Shown here: piece by piece, positions 1 to 7,520 of the stretch
How positions within the stretch are numbered: position 1 is the stretch's first letter
How the letters are laid out: each line of letters opens with the position of its first letter
NCBI GenBank assembly: GCA_041641305.1
Contig: JBEPYN010000002.1
Span: 512,001-576,000 of the forward strand
Reading direction: 5' to 3'
Length of the DNA: 64,000 bases
DNA from: Nitrososphaerota archaeon
Lineage (GTDB): Archaea > Thermoproteota > Nitrososphaeria_A > Caldarchaeales > Caldarchaeaceae
Notes under the pieces: model-generated
Seen by the model: only the letters and a program-made list of their open reading frames with translations
What the model was told of the DNA's origin: nothing
Database searches by the model: none
Program-made: the position numbers and the translations under genes

Positions 1-121
1 GAGTGACCGCGCCGTTTCCAGCCCTTACGTAGATGGGAAGCATCTCCTTCGGCATCTCCTTGGTTGTAGGAAGCAGCCGGGTTCCAAGACCCGCCGCAGT
101 TATCACAACCTTCCTGACCAT
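1..121 (-). CDS. Sugar-phosphate nucleotidyltransferase (GalU-like), N-terminus only, runs off the window edge
   Basis: Manual translation [30 protein letters not shown] carries the AAGLGTRxxPxTKxxPKEMLP signature. Confidence 0.85.
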   Translation of the reverse strand, partial: MVRKVVITAAGLGTRLLPTTKEMPKEMLPIYVRAGNGAVT

Positions 122-294
122 CTTTGGTTCCCAATGGTAAAGTCTACTACATAACCATTAATGGTCAAGGGCGCCTCTAGTGATAAGATTCCCGTCAACT
201 TATGATTGTTCGTTGGAAGCATTGAAAACAAAGTCGGAGCAAGACTCAGGGGATGGGAGAGAAAGACGATAAGCCAAAAGCTTATTTTTAAAAG

Positions 295-539
295 CTAGTC
301 ATAGATGGTTCTCCTCATACCCACGTCTATGAATACTACGGATTGATTTTTTCGCTTCTATCATGTAGTCTCCACCCCTCCATCTGTAGTAGCCTGTTAG
401 TTCTCCCCCTGAACCTTGTTCCGCTGTATGGTTTTTCCACAATCTCTAGTATCGCTTTCTCAATACGTTCCCTAGCCTCTTGAGGAAGTTTCCTATACTC
501 TCTAAGAAATGATTTCGTAAAAGGAGCCTTGTAGGTCAA
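295..539 (-). pseudogene. RelE/ParE-family toxin, frameshifted
   Basis: N-terminus FTKSFLREYRKLP..RERIEKAILEIVEKPY; RelE-like RGELTGYYRWRGGDY and VVFIDVGMRRTIYD* continue in other frames. Confidence 0.75.
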
Positions 540-546
540 GGCAGTG

Positions 547-756
547 CTACGCTTTCCTCAATAACTCTCGTATATCTTCTGGATTTTCAGCTGATATTGT
601 CTCCCCACGGTGGTACTCCTCTGTAGCCTTCTTTATGCGCTCCAACCCTTCGCTATCGGCCATCTCCTCCAGAGTAGCAAGTATTTCCTCAACTCTATCA
701 ATATGCTCCCGCAGCTCCTTCAGCAAATCACGAGGTAAAGCTACAGAACCGCCCAT
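547..756 (-). CDS. Putative antitoxin of the RelE pair
   Basis: Small acidic ORF (LEEMADSEGLERIKKATEEYHRGET) directly upstream of the toxin, same strand. Confidence 0.7.
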   Translation of the reverse strand: MGGSVALPRDLLKELREHIDRVEEILATLEEMADSEGLERIKKATEEYHRGETISAENPEDIRELLRKA

Positions 757-1164
757 GACCAGTCAAAAGACCAAGAACCTAATAAGGGTTATAACAGTGT
801 CCGGGTGCAGAGACATGTTTACAAGCCGAGGCGCAATTATTGGCTGCATGGTTGTTGTGGCGTTGTTTTATGACTGTTTTGGAGTAATAAAAAGAAGTTG
901 TTGGGTTCATCTATCCTATGGGCGCTAGTCAAGCCTTGTCCACGTATCCTTGTTAAACATTGTGTATGATGAGACAGAATCCATTAGAAACATTACTGCA
1001 ACACTTACACCGTCTTTCTTTCCACCTCATCAACATACACAAGCCATTTTACCCATCGCCTCCTCTATAAATGCAGGATTCGGCCGCCAGTATCTATCAA
1101 CTTGGCTGAGCTACTCCAGCTGAGCACGCTGTTGCATGTTTTTAGATCTGGCCATGTGCTGGAC

Positions 1165-1809
1165 TCAGTTTTCTGTTCTGGTTATTATGGGGTATGGTGT
1201 TGCTTTTTTGTCTTTGAAGAGGTGGTTGATTAGGGATGCTGCGGCGAGGAAGTCGAGGGCTATCATTGAGAGTATCATGGCTGCGCCTGCTTCGTGGTGG
1301 AGCTGGGGGCTGAATATGACTGGTGGTGCGACGTAGAGGGGTTCGGTGACAAGTGTGAGGTAGAAGCCGTACCATCCCATGACTTTGCCGAATGCGATGG
1401 CTAATGCTTCTCTCCATGGTTTTGACAGGCCTTGTGCGGAGAAGTAGAGGATGATGCCTGTGATGAAGTAGGATATTCGTTTGAGCTGGTAGAGTATGGG
1501 GTTGTTGAGGTCGGCTGGACATATTCCGTATCCGAAGAATGAGTTGGCGGGTAGGTGCCAGTAGAATATGAGGGCCGCTGCTGTGCTGAAGCCGATGTAG
1601 CGGCTCCAATGCTTGCCGAGGTTGATGCTGAGACGTGAGGATAAGAGATAGGCTGTGGAGTAGCCGACTGCTGCGATGAAGGTTGGCCAGACATCCATGT
1701 AGAAGAGTAGGTTGGTTAGCTCGAGGCCCCTCACCAGAGGGTAGTGGAAGACGGTGATGTAGGCGAAGGCTGCGATCACGGTGGCTGCGGCTGCTCCGCG
1801 GATGTCCAA
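1165..1809 (-). CDS. DUF1404 / caa3-type CtaG-like membrane protein
   Basis: Multiple TM helices, FYWHLP motif, late LY...AGAAM segment. Confidence 0.55.
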   Translation of the reverse strand: MDIRGAAAATVIAAFAYITVFHYPLVRGLELTNLLFYMDVWPTFIAAVGYSTAYLLSSRLSINLGKHWSRYIGFSTAAALIFYWHLPANSFFGYGICPADLNNPILYQLKRISYFITGIILYFSAQGLSKPWREALAIAFGKVMGWYGFYLTLVTEPLYVAPPVIFSPQLHHEAGAAMILSMIALDFLAAASLINHLFKDKKATPYPIITRTEN

Positions 1810-1958
1810 CTCATTAGACCGCCTGTCTGGGGGTTATTTAACCCCGTGTCTTCAACCCAGAATATTATGGAGAGGCTTCTTCTGCTTTTTTCCGCAGAGC
1901 CTCAGCCATCTCCTGCTTCTTTTTCCTAATCTCCTGTCTCAGCTGCTCGAACTCTTTT

Positions 1959-2666
1959 CTAACCTTTTCCTCCAACTGTCTCCACCTCTTTTCTTCTCTC
2001 GAGAATGCGTTTCACATGCTTGAGTTTTACGAAGTCTTCTCTCTCGCGTTCTTCGAGGCTTGAGCTGATGAATTTTATTGCTTCTTGGTATCTCGGGATA
2101 ATGAGGTGTTCGAGGGCGTTGAGTAGGCGCTGTGTTTTCTTCAGCTCCTCGGCGAGGCGGAAGATTGTGTTCTCTATTTCGGCCACTCTGCAAAGCGTGG
2201 CTATTATTTCTCTGAAGTTCCTGACGGCTTCGTCGAATGCTGAGGCTGTGTCGAGTAGGCCGTAGTTGAGGGGGATTTTTGTGCTCGCTATCTCCAGGGT
2301 TGGTATCCTTATGCCGAGGATGGTTTTCTCGCTTACCTTAACCTCTATGGACGGCGGTGTTGTGGCGGCGATTGCCTCGACCTTGACCGAGCCCATTTCC
2401 GCGTATGCTTTGAAGAGGGACATGTATGCCTGTCGGAGAGGCTGCTCCATCTTCTCCCGCTCCGTTTCAGCCATTTCAACCAAGTCGTTCAGACGCCTCA
2501 CCAAAACATCACGCTTATCCTCCAGAATACGGTAAATGCTCTTCGCAACCTGAAGGGAGCGCCTCGCCCTAATCAGCTCGAGCTTTGTGGGCAGAAACTT
2601 GCCGCCGAAGCTTACCGACAGAGGCGATGCACCGTAAATTTTTCCTAAAGACCGCTCTAAATACAT
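1959..2666 (-). CDS. atpD: A/V-type ATP synthase subunit D (true start may be downstream)
   Basis: PTKLELIRARRSL..LEDKRDVL and ELKKTQRLLNALEHLIIP..LEEREREDFVKLK motifs. Confidence 0.95.
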   Translation of the reverse strand: MYLERSLGKIYGASPLSVSFGGKFLPTKLELIRARRSLQVAKSIYRILEDKRDVLVRRLNDLVEMAETEREKMEQPLRQAYMSLFKAYAEMGSVKVEAIAATTPPSIEVKVSEKTILGIRIPTLEIASTKIPLNYGLLDTASAFDEAVRNFREIIATLCRVAEIENTIFRLAEELKKTQRLLNALEHLIIPRYQEAIKFISSSLEEREREDFVKLKHVKRILERRKEVETVGGKG

Positions 2667-2699
2667 ATCGGGGGTTTAGGGAGCATGGTGTGACGCCCA

Positions 2700-3020
2700 A
2701 CGGAAAGCTGCTGAAACCTCATACTTTAGCGTCTTAAAGCCAGAACATTTCTCAGAATAGTCATATTCTTCGTCAGGTTTATAAGAGATGCATAGGGTAT
2801 TGTCCTCAACCCATAGGTCGATAGGTATGGTTCTTGGTCAGTGGCAACAGTCTCGGCCTATAGCGCGAATACACCATAGTAATTGGGAAGGTGGTGTAAA
2901 TGAGGTTCTACTGCGATGTCCATAGGAAGAGGGATGACACAGGCTACAGGGTAACATACACAACGGATGGCGAAGACTTTAGACATGTTGATTCACCGGT
3001 GGAGATACCGGCAGGCCTGG
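2700..3020. mobile_element. Decayed, internally deleted and truncated copy of the 5824-7349 element
   Basis: ~2733-2823 aligns with ~6044-6135 (IDLWVEDN.LC.SYKPDEEYD on the minus strand). The ORF at 2900 encodes MRFYCDVHRKRDDTGYRVTYTTDGEDFRHVDSPVEIP, nearly identical to the N-terminus of 6332..7180, then diverges and stops at 3058. Confidence 0.85.
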
Positions 3021-3064
3021 CTGCGGAAAAACACGCTTATATAGGGTTTGGGTGTTGAGTATGT

Positions 3065-4501
3065 TTGATGTCGGCTGCCACGGCGCTGAACAAGTACCGC
3101 AACTTCAGCGACTGGTTTGACAAGCTTCTGCTCGAGGCCCGTATCGTTGATGATAGGTTTCCGGTTAAGGGTTTCTCTGTCTATTTGGAGAACGGCACAT
3201 ACATACTGAGGCGTGTGCAGGAGTTGTTGGAGAAGGAGCTGCTGGAGACGGGTCATAAGGAGATGATTTTCCCGCTTGTTACGACGGAGGAGCTTCTCGG
3301 CAAAGAGGCGCAGCACATCAAAGGCTTCAGCACGGAGGTGTTTGTGATAGAGTCGGCTGGCGGTAAACCGCTTGATGTTAAGCTGATTGTGCGTCCGACG
3401 AGCGAGACCATCATGTATCCCATGTTCAAGCTGTGGATAAGAAGCCACGCAGACCTACCTCTACTTGTCCATCAGAGCAACATGGTTTACAGACATGAGA
3501 CCAAGGCGACGAGGCCTCTGCTAAGAGTGCGGGAGATTCCTTGGAATGAGGCGCACACGGTTCATGCAACTGCGGCCGAGGCCGACCAACAGGTGCGTAA
3601 AGCGGTGGAAATCTATCGCAAGGTGTTGGACCAGCTTGGGCTCGCTTATCTCGTGCTCAAGAGACCTGATTTCGACAAGTTCCCCGGCGCAAGATACTCA
3701 ATAGCCTTTGACGCATGGAACCCCGACGGCAGAGTGAACCAAGTCGCGACAGTCCACAATCTTGGGAAGAATTTTTCGAAGGTGTTTGAGATAGAGTTTG
3801 AGACACGTGAAGGCAAGCGTGAGAACCCCCATCAGCTGTGCTACGGTTTTGGCTATAGCAGGGTTTTGGCTGCGTTGATAAGTCAGCACAGCGACGACAG
3901 GGGTCTCGTGCTTCCGCCTGTTGTCGCTCCTCTCCACGTGGTAATCGTTCCAATTGTATTCAAGGGTCAGGAAGAGGCCATTAAACAATTCTGCTACAGT
4001 GTCGCGGAGAGGCTGCAAAAGTTTTCTGTGAAGGTTGATGATAGGGAGGATGTGACGCCGGGTGAAAAGTTCTACTACTGGGAGAAAATGGGTGTCCCGG
4101 TGAGGCTGGAGATAGGGCCGCGTGAGGTGGCGGAGAACCGGGCTACGTTGTTTAGACGGGATACGTTGGAGAAACAGGCTGTCGCCGTCGAGGAGATTGA
4201 GAAGGCTGTGGAAAATGTGTTGAAAAGCATGGAGCAGAGTCTCGCGGAGAGGAGCTGGCGTATCATGCGTCAGATGATTGTCGACGCTTCAAATGTTGAT
4301 GAGGTGAAAAAAATTATTTCGGAGAGAAGGATCGCGAGGTTTGGCTGGTGCGGCTCAGTGGAGTGTGTTGAGCAACTTAAAGAGGCTGCGGGCGGGGAGC
4401 TTAGAGGAAGCAGGTTTGACGAGCTTGAGGTGCCCAACGGCCCCTGCATAATCTGCGGAAAAAATGCGGCAGAAGTGGTTTACTTCGCTAGGGCGTATTG
4501 A
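3065..4501 (+). CDS. proS: Proline--tRNA ligase (archaeal/eukaryotic type)
   Basis: VRPTSETIMY, YRHETKATRPLLRVRE and EIGPRE motifs; C-terminal Zn motif and ARAY terminus. Confidence 0.97.
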   Translation: MMSAATALNKYRNFSDWFDKLLLEARIVDDRFPVKGFSVYLENGTYILRRVQELLEKELLETGHKEMIFPLVTTEELLGKEAQHIKGFSTEVFVIESAGGKPLDVKLIVRPTSETIMYPMFKLWIRSHADLPLLVHQSNMVYRHETKATRPLLRVREIPWNEAHTVHATAAEADQQVRKAVEIYRKVLDQLGLAYLVLKRPDFDKFPGARYSIAFDAWNPDGRVNQVATVHNLGKNFSKVFEIEFETREGKRENPHQLCYGFGYSRVLAALISQHSDDRGLVLPPVVAPLHVVIVPIVFKGQEEAIKQFCYSVAERLQKFSVKVDDREDVTPGEKFYYWEKMGVPVRLEIGPREVAENRATLFRRDTLEKQAVAVEEIEKAVENVLKSMEQSLAERSWRIMRQMIVDASNVDEVKKIISERRIARFGWCGSVECVEQLKEAAGGELRGSRFDELEVPNGPCIICGKNAAEVVYFARAY

Positions 4502-5456
4502 GGACGTAGTTGTCGAGTGCTCTTAGCCGTTTGGCTGGGTCGGGGTGTGTGCTGAAGAGCTCTGCCACTGTGCTGGGTTTACGGCTCTTCACCTCTTCGA
4601 CGACCCTGTCGATGTCGCCGAATGCCTGAAGCTTGACGTCGGGGTCGGCTATGAAGAAGGCCTTAAACTGCTCAACATGCGCCACCTCTTCTTTTCTCAA
4701 TCTACCAGCCAGCATCATTATTCTTACAAGGGCCCGCTGGAGGTTTCGGGCACCATTCGGCACGGTTTTTGCCGAGAAGTAGTCGGCATAGTATTCGCGG
4801 AGCCTGCTCATGTAGAAGACGAATATGTTGAAGATGAAGCTGAAAGCCATCAACGCGATTCCGATGAGAAATGCGTAGGCTCCCCCTTCTCGGCGGCCTC
4901 CGAAGGCTCCTGAGACCAGCAATGTGTAGCCGAGATAGTATATGATGGCTGGTATGATGCTTATCGCCATCATGAAGGCAACGTCGCGGTGCTTGATGTG
5001 GCCCAGCTCATGTCCTATGACGGCTTCCACCTCTTCCCGCGGAAGGCTTTCGACAAGCCGTCTGGTGACAGCGACCATGGGGCCTGTGAGGGGACTGCCG
5101 TATGCGAATGCGTTGGGGATGTCTATTTCCGCGACATAGGTTTTCGGCGGCTTCTCCATCCCCGCGGCCAGGCTCAGCCGGTTGACAGTTTCCTCAACCC
5201 AGCCGAGTCCAGCCTCAGCCGCTGGACGGGTTCTATAAACCGCTCCGATTATGTATGGGCCGATAAGCCACTGGAAGACGTGGAAGACGACGACAAACCC
5301 TATGATGGTGTAGAAGTTCAGCAGCGGTATGCGGAGAAAAGTGAGCACAGCCACGAAGAGAAGCGAGGCCACCGCCGTTATCAACGCCCATGTACCAATC
5401 ATGGCTAGACGGAGCTTGACCAGCGAAAGCCTTGCCCTCTCCTGCGCAGTAGCCAT
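4488..5456 (-). CDS. htpX: Zinc metalloprotease HtpX (M48)
   Basis: PNAFA, HELGH, SRLREYYAD and STHP motifs; TM segments. Confidence 0.95.
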   Translation of the reverse strand: MATAQERARLSLVKLRLAMIGTWALITAVASLLFVAVLTFLRIPLLNFYTIIGFVVVFHVFQWLIGPYIIGAVYRTRPAAEAGLGWVEETVNRLSLAAGMEKPPKTYVAEIDIPNAFAYGSPLTGPMVAVTRRLVESLPREEVEAVIGHELGHIKHRDVAFMMAISIIPAIIYYLGYTLLVSGAFGGRREGGAYAFLIGIALMAFSFIFNIFVFYMSRLREYYADYFSAKTVPNGARNLQRALVRIMMLAGRLRKEEVAHVEQFKAFFIADPDVKLQAFGDIDRVVEEVKSRKPSTVAELFSTHPDPAKRLRALDNYVLNTP

Positions 5457-5512
5457 ATTAGCTCACCTGAGTCGGCGTATGGTTCGGGTTCTAATAAACC
5501 ATATCCAACATC

Positions 5513-5797
5513 TTAGAGGAATTGCTCGGGCTTTCTCTCATCTCTGGCCCTAACCTTGAGGACGCCGTAGTGGATGGCGCAGCTGATGCAGAGGTTTTTT
5601 ACTACGATGTTTTCGGCGAGATAGGCACCCGCCTGCTTCAGCTCACGGGCCAAGTCACCGCGGACAAGAGAAACACGCCGCGTTACACGCTGGACCTTGC
5701 TTCTCGGCACATAGGCTCCGCAGTTGTCGCACTGAACAGTCGGCTCCTTCCCCTTAGCGCCTTTCGACCTGCCACGGCTCTTACGCTTGAACGGCAT
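5513..5797 (-). CDS. rps26e: 30S ribosomal protein S26e
   Basis: MPFKRKSRGRSK..VQCDNCGAYVPRSK..CISCAIH..VRAR. Confidence 0.96.
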   Translation of the reverse strand: MPFKRKSRGRSKGAKGKEPTVQCDNCGAYVPRSKVQRVTRRVSLVRGDLARELKQAGAYLAENIVVKNLCISCAIHYGVLKVRARDERKPEQFL

Positions 5798-5820
5798 TCC
5801 ACTCAATCACTACTATGTCT

Positions 5821-5830
5821 GTTATATAAA
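5821..5830 (-). promoter_or_regulatory. TATA box of rps26e (TTTATATAAC), coinciding with the left junction of the element
   Basis: Archaeal TATA consensus ~25 nt upstream of the ATG at 5797. Confidence 0.6.
5824..5830 (+). repeat. ATATAAA direct repeat, left copy
   Basis: ctgtt-ATATAAA-gatcg. Confidence 0.55.
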
Positions 5831-5903
5831 GATCGTCGAAGGTTAAACCAATTTTCTCCAAAACCTTCGCCAATAAATCCCTTGGAAAACAATTCGAGGA
5901 CAG

Positions 5904-6164
5904 CTATTTAGGTAGGTTGTTTTTCTTTTTTCTTGGTTTTGTTCTTATTTTTATTGCGTGGAATGGGCATTTTTGAAATTGTTCAAGAATGTGTCCTTTC
6001 TGGCATTTTGAGCAGAAGCCTATACCCTCCTCATAATTCGGGGTTTTAAAGGTAGGAATATTCTCATAGTGGTCATATTCCTCGTCAGGTTTATAAGACA
6101 TGCATAGGATATTGTCCTCAACCCATAGGTCTATAAATAATCGATTTTCCCTCATCCACGCCAT
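5904..6164 (-). CDS. Small putative zinc-binding accessory protein of the element
   Basis: CSKC..CPFH..IRTKPR motif; a homologous reading frame is conserved in the second copy. Confidence 0.6.
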   Translation of the reverse strand: MAWMRENRLFIDLWVEDNILCMSYKPDEEYDHYENIPTFKTPNYEEGIGFCSKCQKGHILEQFQKCPFHAIKIRTKPRKKKNNLPK

Positions 6165-6331
6165 TATTCAAGTCGTTATTAGACAGGTATGCATGGTGGC
6201 TTGGTATCCTAAGCCTAAGCCCAGCCGTAGTATAATACCTATTTTTTTGGTAATGGCTTTAAACCAGTTTTTAGGTTATGGGGGACATGGCCACTACCTA
6301 TGGCACGAATACACCAAAGAAAGTGGTGTAG

Positions 6332-7180
6332 ATGAGGTTCTACGCTGATGTTCATCGGAAGAGGGATGACACAGGCTATCGGATAACCTATACAACTGAT
6401 GGTGAAGACTTTAGACATGTTGATTCTCCGTCGGAGATACCGGTAGAAGCTGGAGACAAAGTATACGTAGACACAATACCGATAATACATACAGATGGTT
6501 TCATAGAGCTTCTTAGAAGAGGTGCTGAGGTTTACTATCTGAGGAGACTAACCATGATTGAGGCTGTGAGGCAGAAGATGGGGATAAAATCCAAGTCCGC
6601 GAGGACAGATATCAAGGCTTTGATGGCTGTTGATGATAAGTGGTTCCGTAGAGTGGATGAGAATTTCTTGGTGATGCGACAGATGATTTCGGCGTTTAGA
6701 AGTTTGGAGAGAACTATGCAGAGGCTGGAGAACCAGCTCAAGGCGGCTTCATCTGCTACCGAGGAGAGCTTGAGGAGAATGGTAAAACAAGTAGAGATAG
6801 AGAAAGAGGTCTTAGCCAAACGGATTTCAGAGGAGGCGGCGAAGAGGTTCCCAGTCTTCGTAAAGGTTGTGGAAGAGCTAGGGATAATGGGAGAGAACCA
6901 TGTATTGGCTTGTGAAGCTTTGGCGGAGCTGCTAACCTACGTCGACTTCAGCAAATCCTTTAGACAAGTGCGAGGATACCTACGGCTCTACAGGAAACGT
7001 TCAAAAAACCAGACGTATAACCACGAGACACGCCATGCGCTAACAAGGCTCACAATGGCAACAACAAGAAATACACCAAACGCCCATAAACAAGAAGACA
7101 TACTGATGAAGATATGGCTGACAATCAGACAGGAAACCCAAGAGAGGCTGGCAGGCATACCGGCCCAACAACAGGGATAA
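6332..7180 (+). CDS. Divergent IS110-family / TasR-like protein (RuvC-like domain, coiled coil, Tnp/Nop-like C-terminus)
   Basis: FYADVH (D6), VYVDT (D47), KSARTDIKAL (cf. KTDxxDA), coiled coil, then ELGI..LAELL..DFSKSFRQVRGYLRL (cf. IPGIG..EIGD..RF..K.LASYAGL). Confidence 0.7.
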   Translation: MRFYADVHRKRDDTGYRITYTTDGEDFRHVDSPSEIPVEAGDKVYVDTIPIIHTDGFIELLRRGAEVYYLRRLTMIEAVRQKMGIKSKSARTDIKALMAVDDKWFRRVDENFLVMRQMISAFRSLERTMQRLENQLKAASSATEESLRRMVKQVEIEKEVLAKRISEEAAKRFPVFVKVVEELGIMGENHVLACEALAELLTYVDFSKSFRQVRGYLRLYRKRSKNQTYNHETRHALTRLTMATTRNTPNAHKQEDILMKIWLTIRQETQERLAGIPAQQQG

Positions 7181-7307
7181 AACCCAGAAGCCGGTATGTC
7201 CTGTTATATAGCGAGCTGACTCTTTCGCCAGCTATGTCTAGTTTATAAACGGCCGGCTTCTTTCATGGGTTTCCTAGGTGTTGTTGCTGGTTGGTTGCCT
7301 GCCAGCC
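7146..7307 (+). ncRNA. Putative guide RNA (bridge/seek/tigRNA-like long stem-loop with a symmetric dual-guide internal loop)
   Basis: Nested helices ggctggcaggca/tgcctgccagcc, caacaaca/tgttgttg, aaaccca/tgggttt, gaagccgg/ccggcttc and agctg/cagct; the internal loop is two copies of ATGTC-N9-ARCG. Confidence 0.7.
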
Positions 7308-7342
7308 AACCACCCCCTTATTTTTTCCCTTAATTTATGTCC

Positions 7343-7349
7343 ATATAAA
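7343..7349 (+). repeat. ATATAAA direct repeat, right copy
   Basis: tgtcc-ATATAAA-ctaac. Confidence 0.55.
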
Positions 7350-7520
7350 CTAACAGGGAAAACCACAACTAGGTATCTATTTCTTTCATTTTCCTCTTAC
7401 GAATGCTCAAATAAGCAATTCATGGTTTAAAGCTATGTAATAAACCAACTAGACATATCATAGGTTGATAAGTTAATATACAGGGTTGGCTAAAGTGGGC
7501 GTCGGGCAGCCGAGTAACAA

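Larger units (their letters stand above)
5824..7349 (+). mobile_element. Candidate RNA-guided IS110/TasR-like element bounded by ATATAAA direct repeats
   Basis: Direct repeat at 5824-5830 and 7343-7349, RuvC-like ORF, downstream structured RNA whose loop segments match both flanks, partial second copy at ~2700-3020. Confidence 0.7.

Noticed and set aside
900-1140. Possible gene remnant on the minus strand (KWLVYVDEV fragment)
   Set aside because: Multiple stops and no family I can support.
7146-7307. CRISPR or multi-unit TIGR array
   Set aside because: Only one dual-guide unit is present; I saw no tandem repeat-spacer array anywhere in the window.
7323-7362. Imperfect inverted repeat (ttttccct..tttat / ataaa..agggaaaa) spanning the proposed right junction
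   Set aside because: It could be a terminator, or could mean the true right end lies further out. Kept as a caveat to the boundary call, not as a feature.
7431-7490. 11-nt reverse-complement match (aactagacata, 7447-7457) to 7233-7243, plus weaker nearby similarities
   Set aside because: It includes the constant ATGTC motif and has no paired junction repeat; chance or a degraded fragment cannot be excluded.
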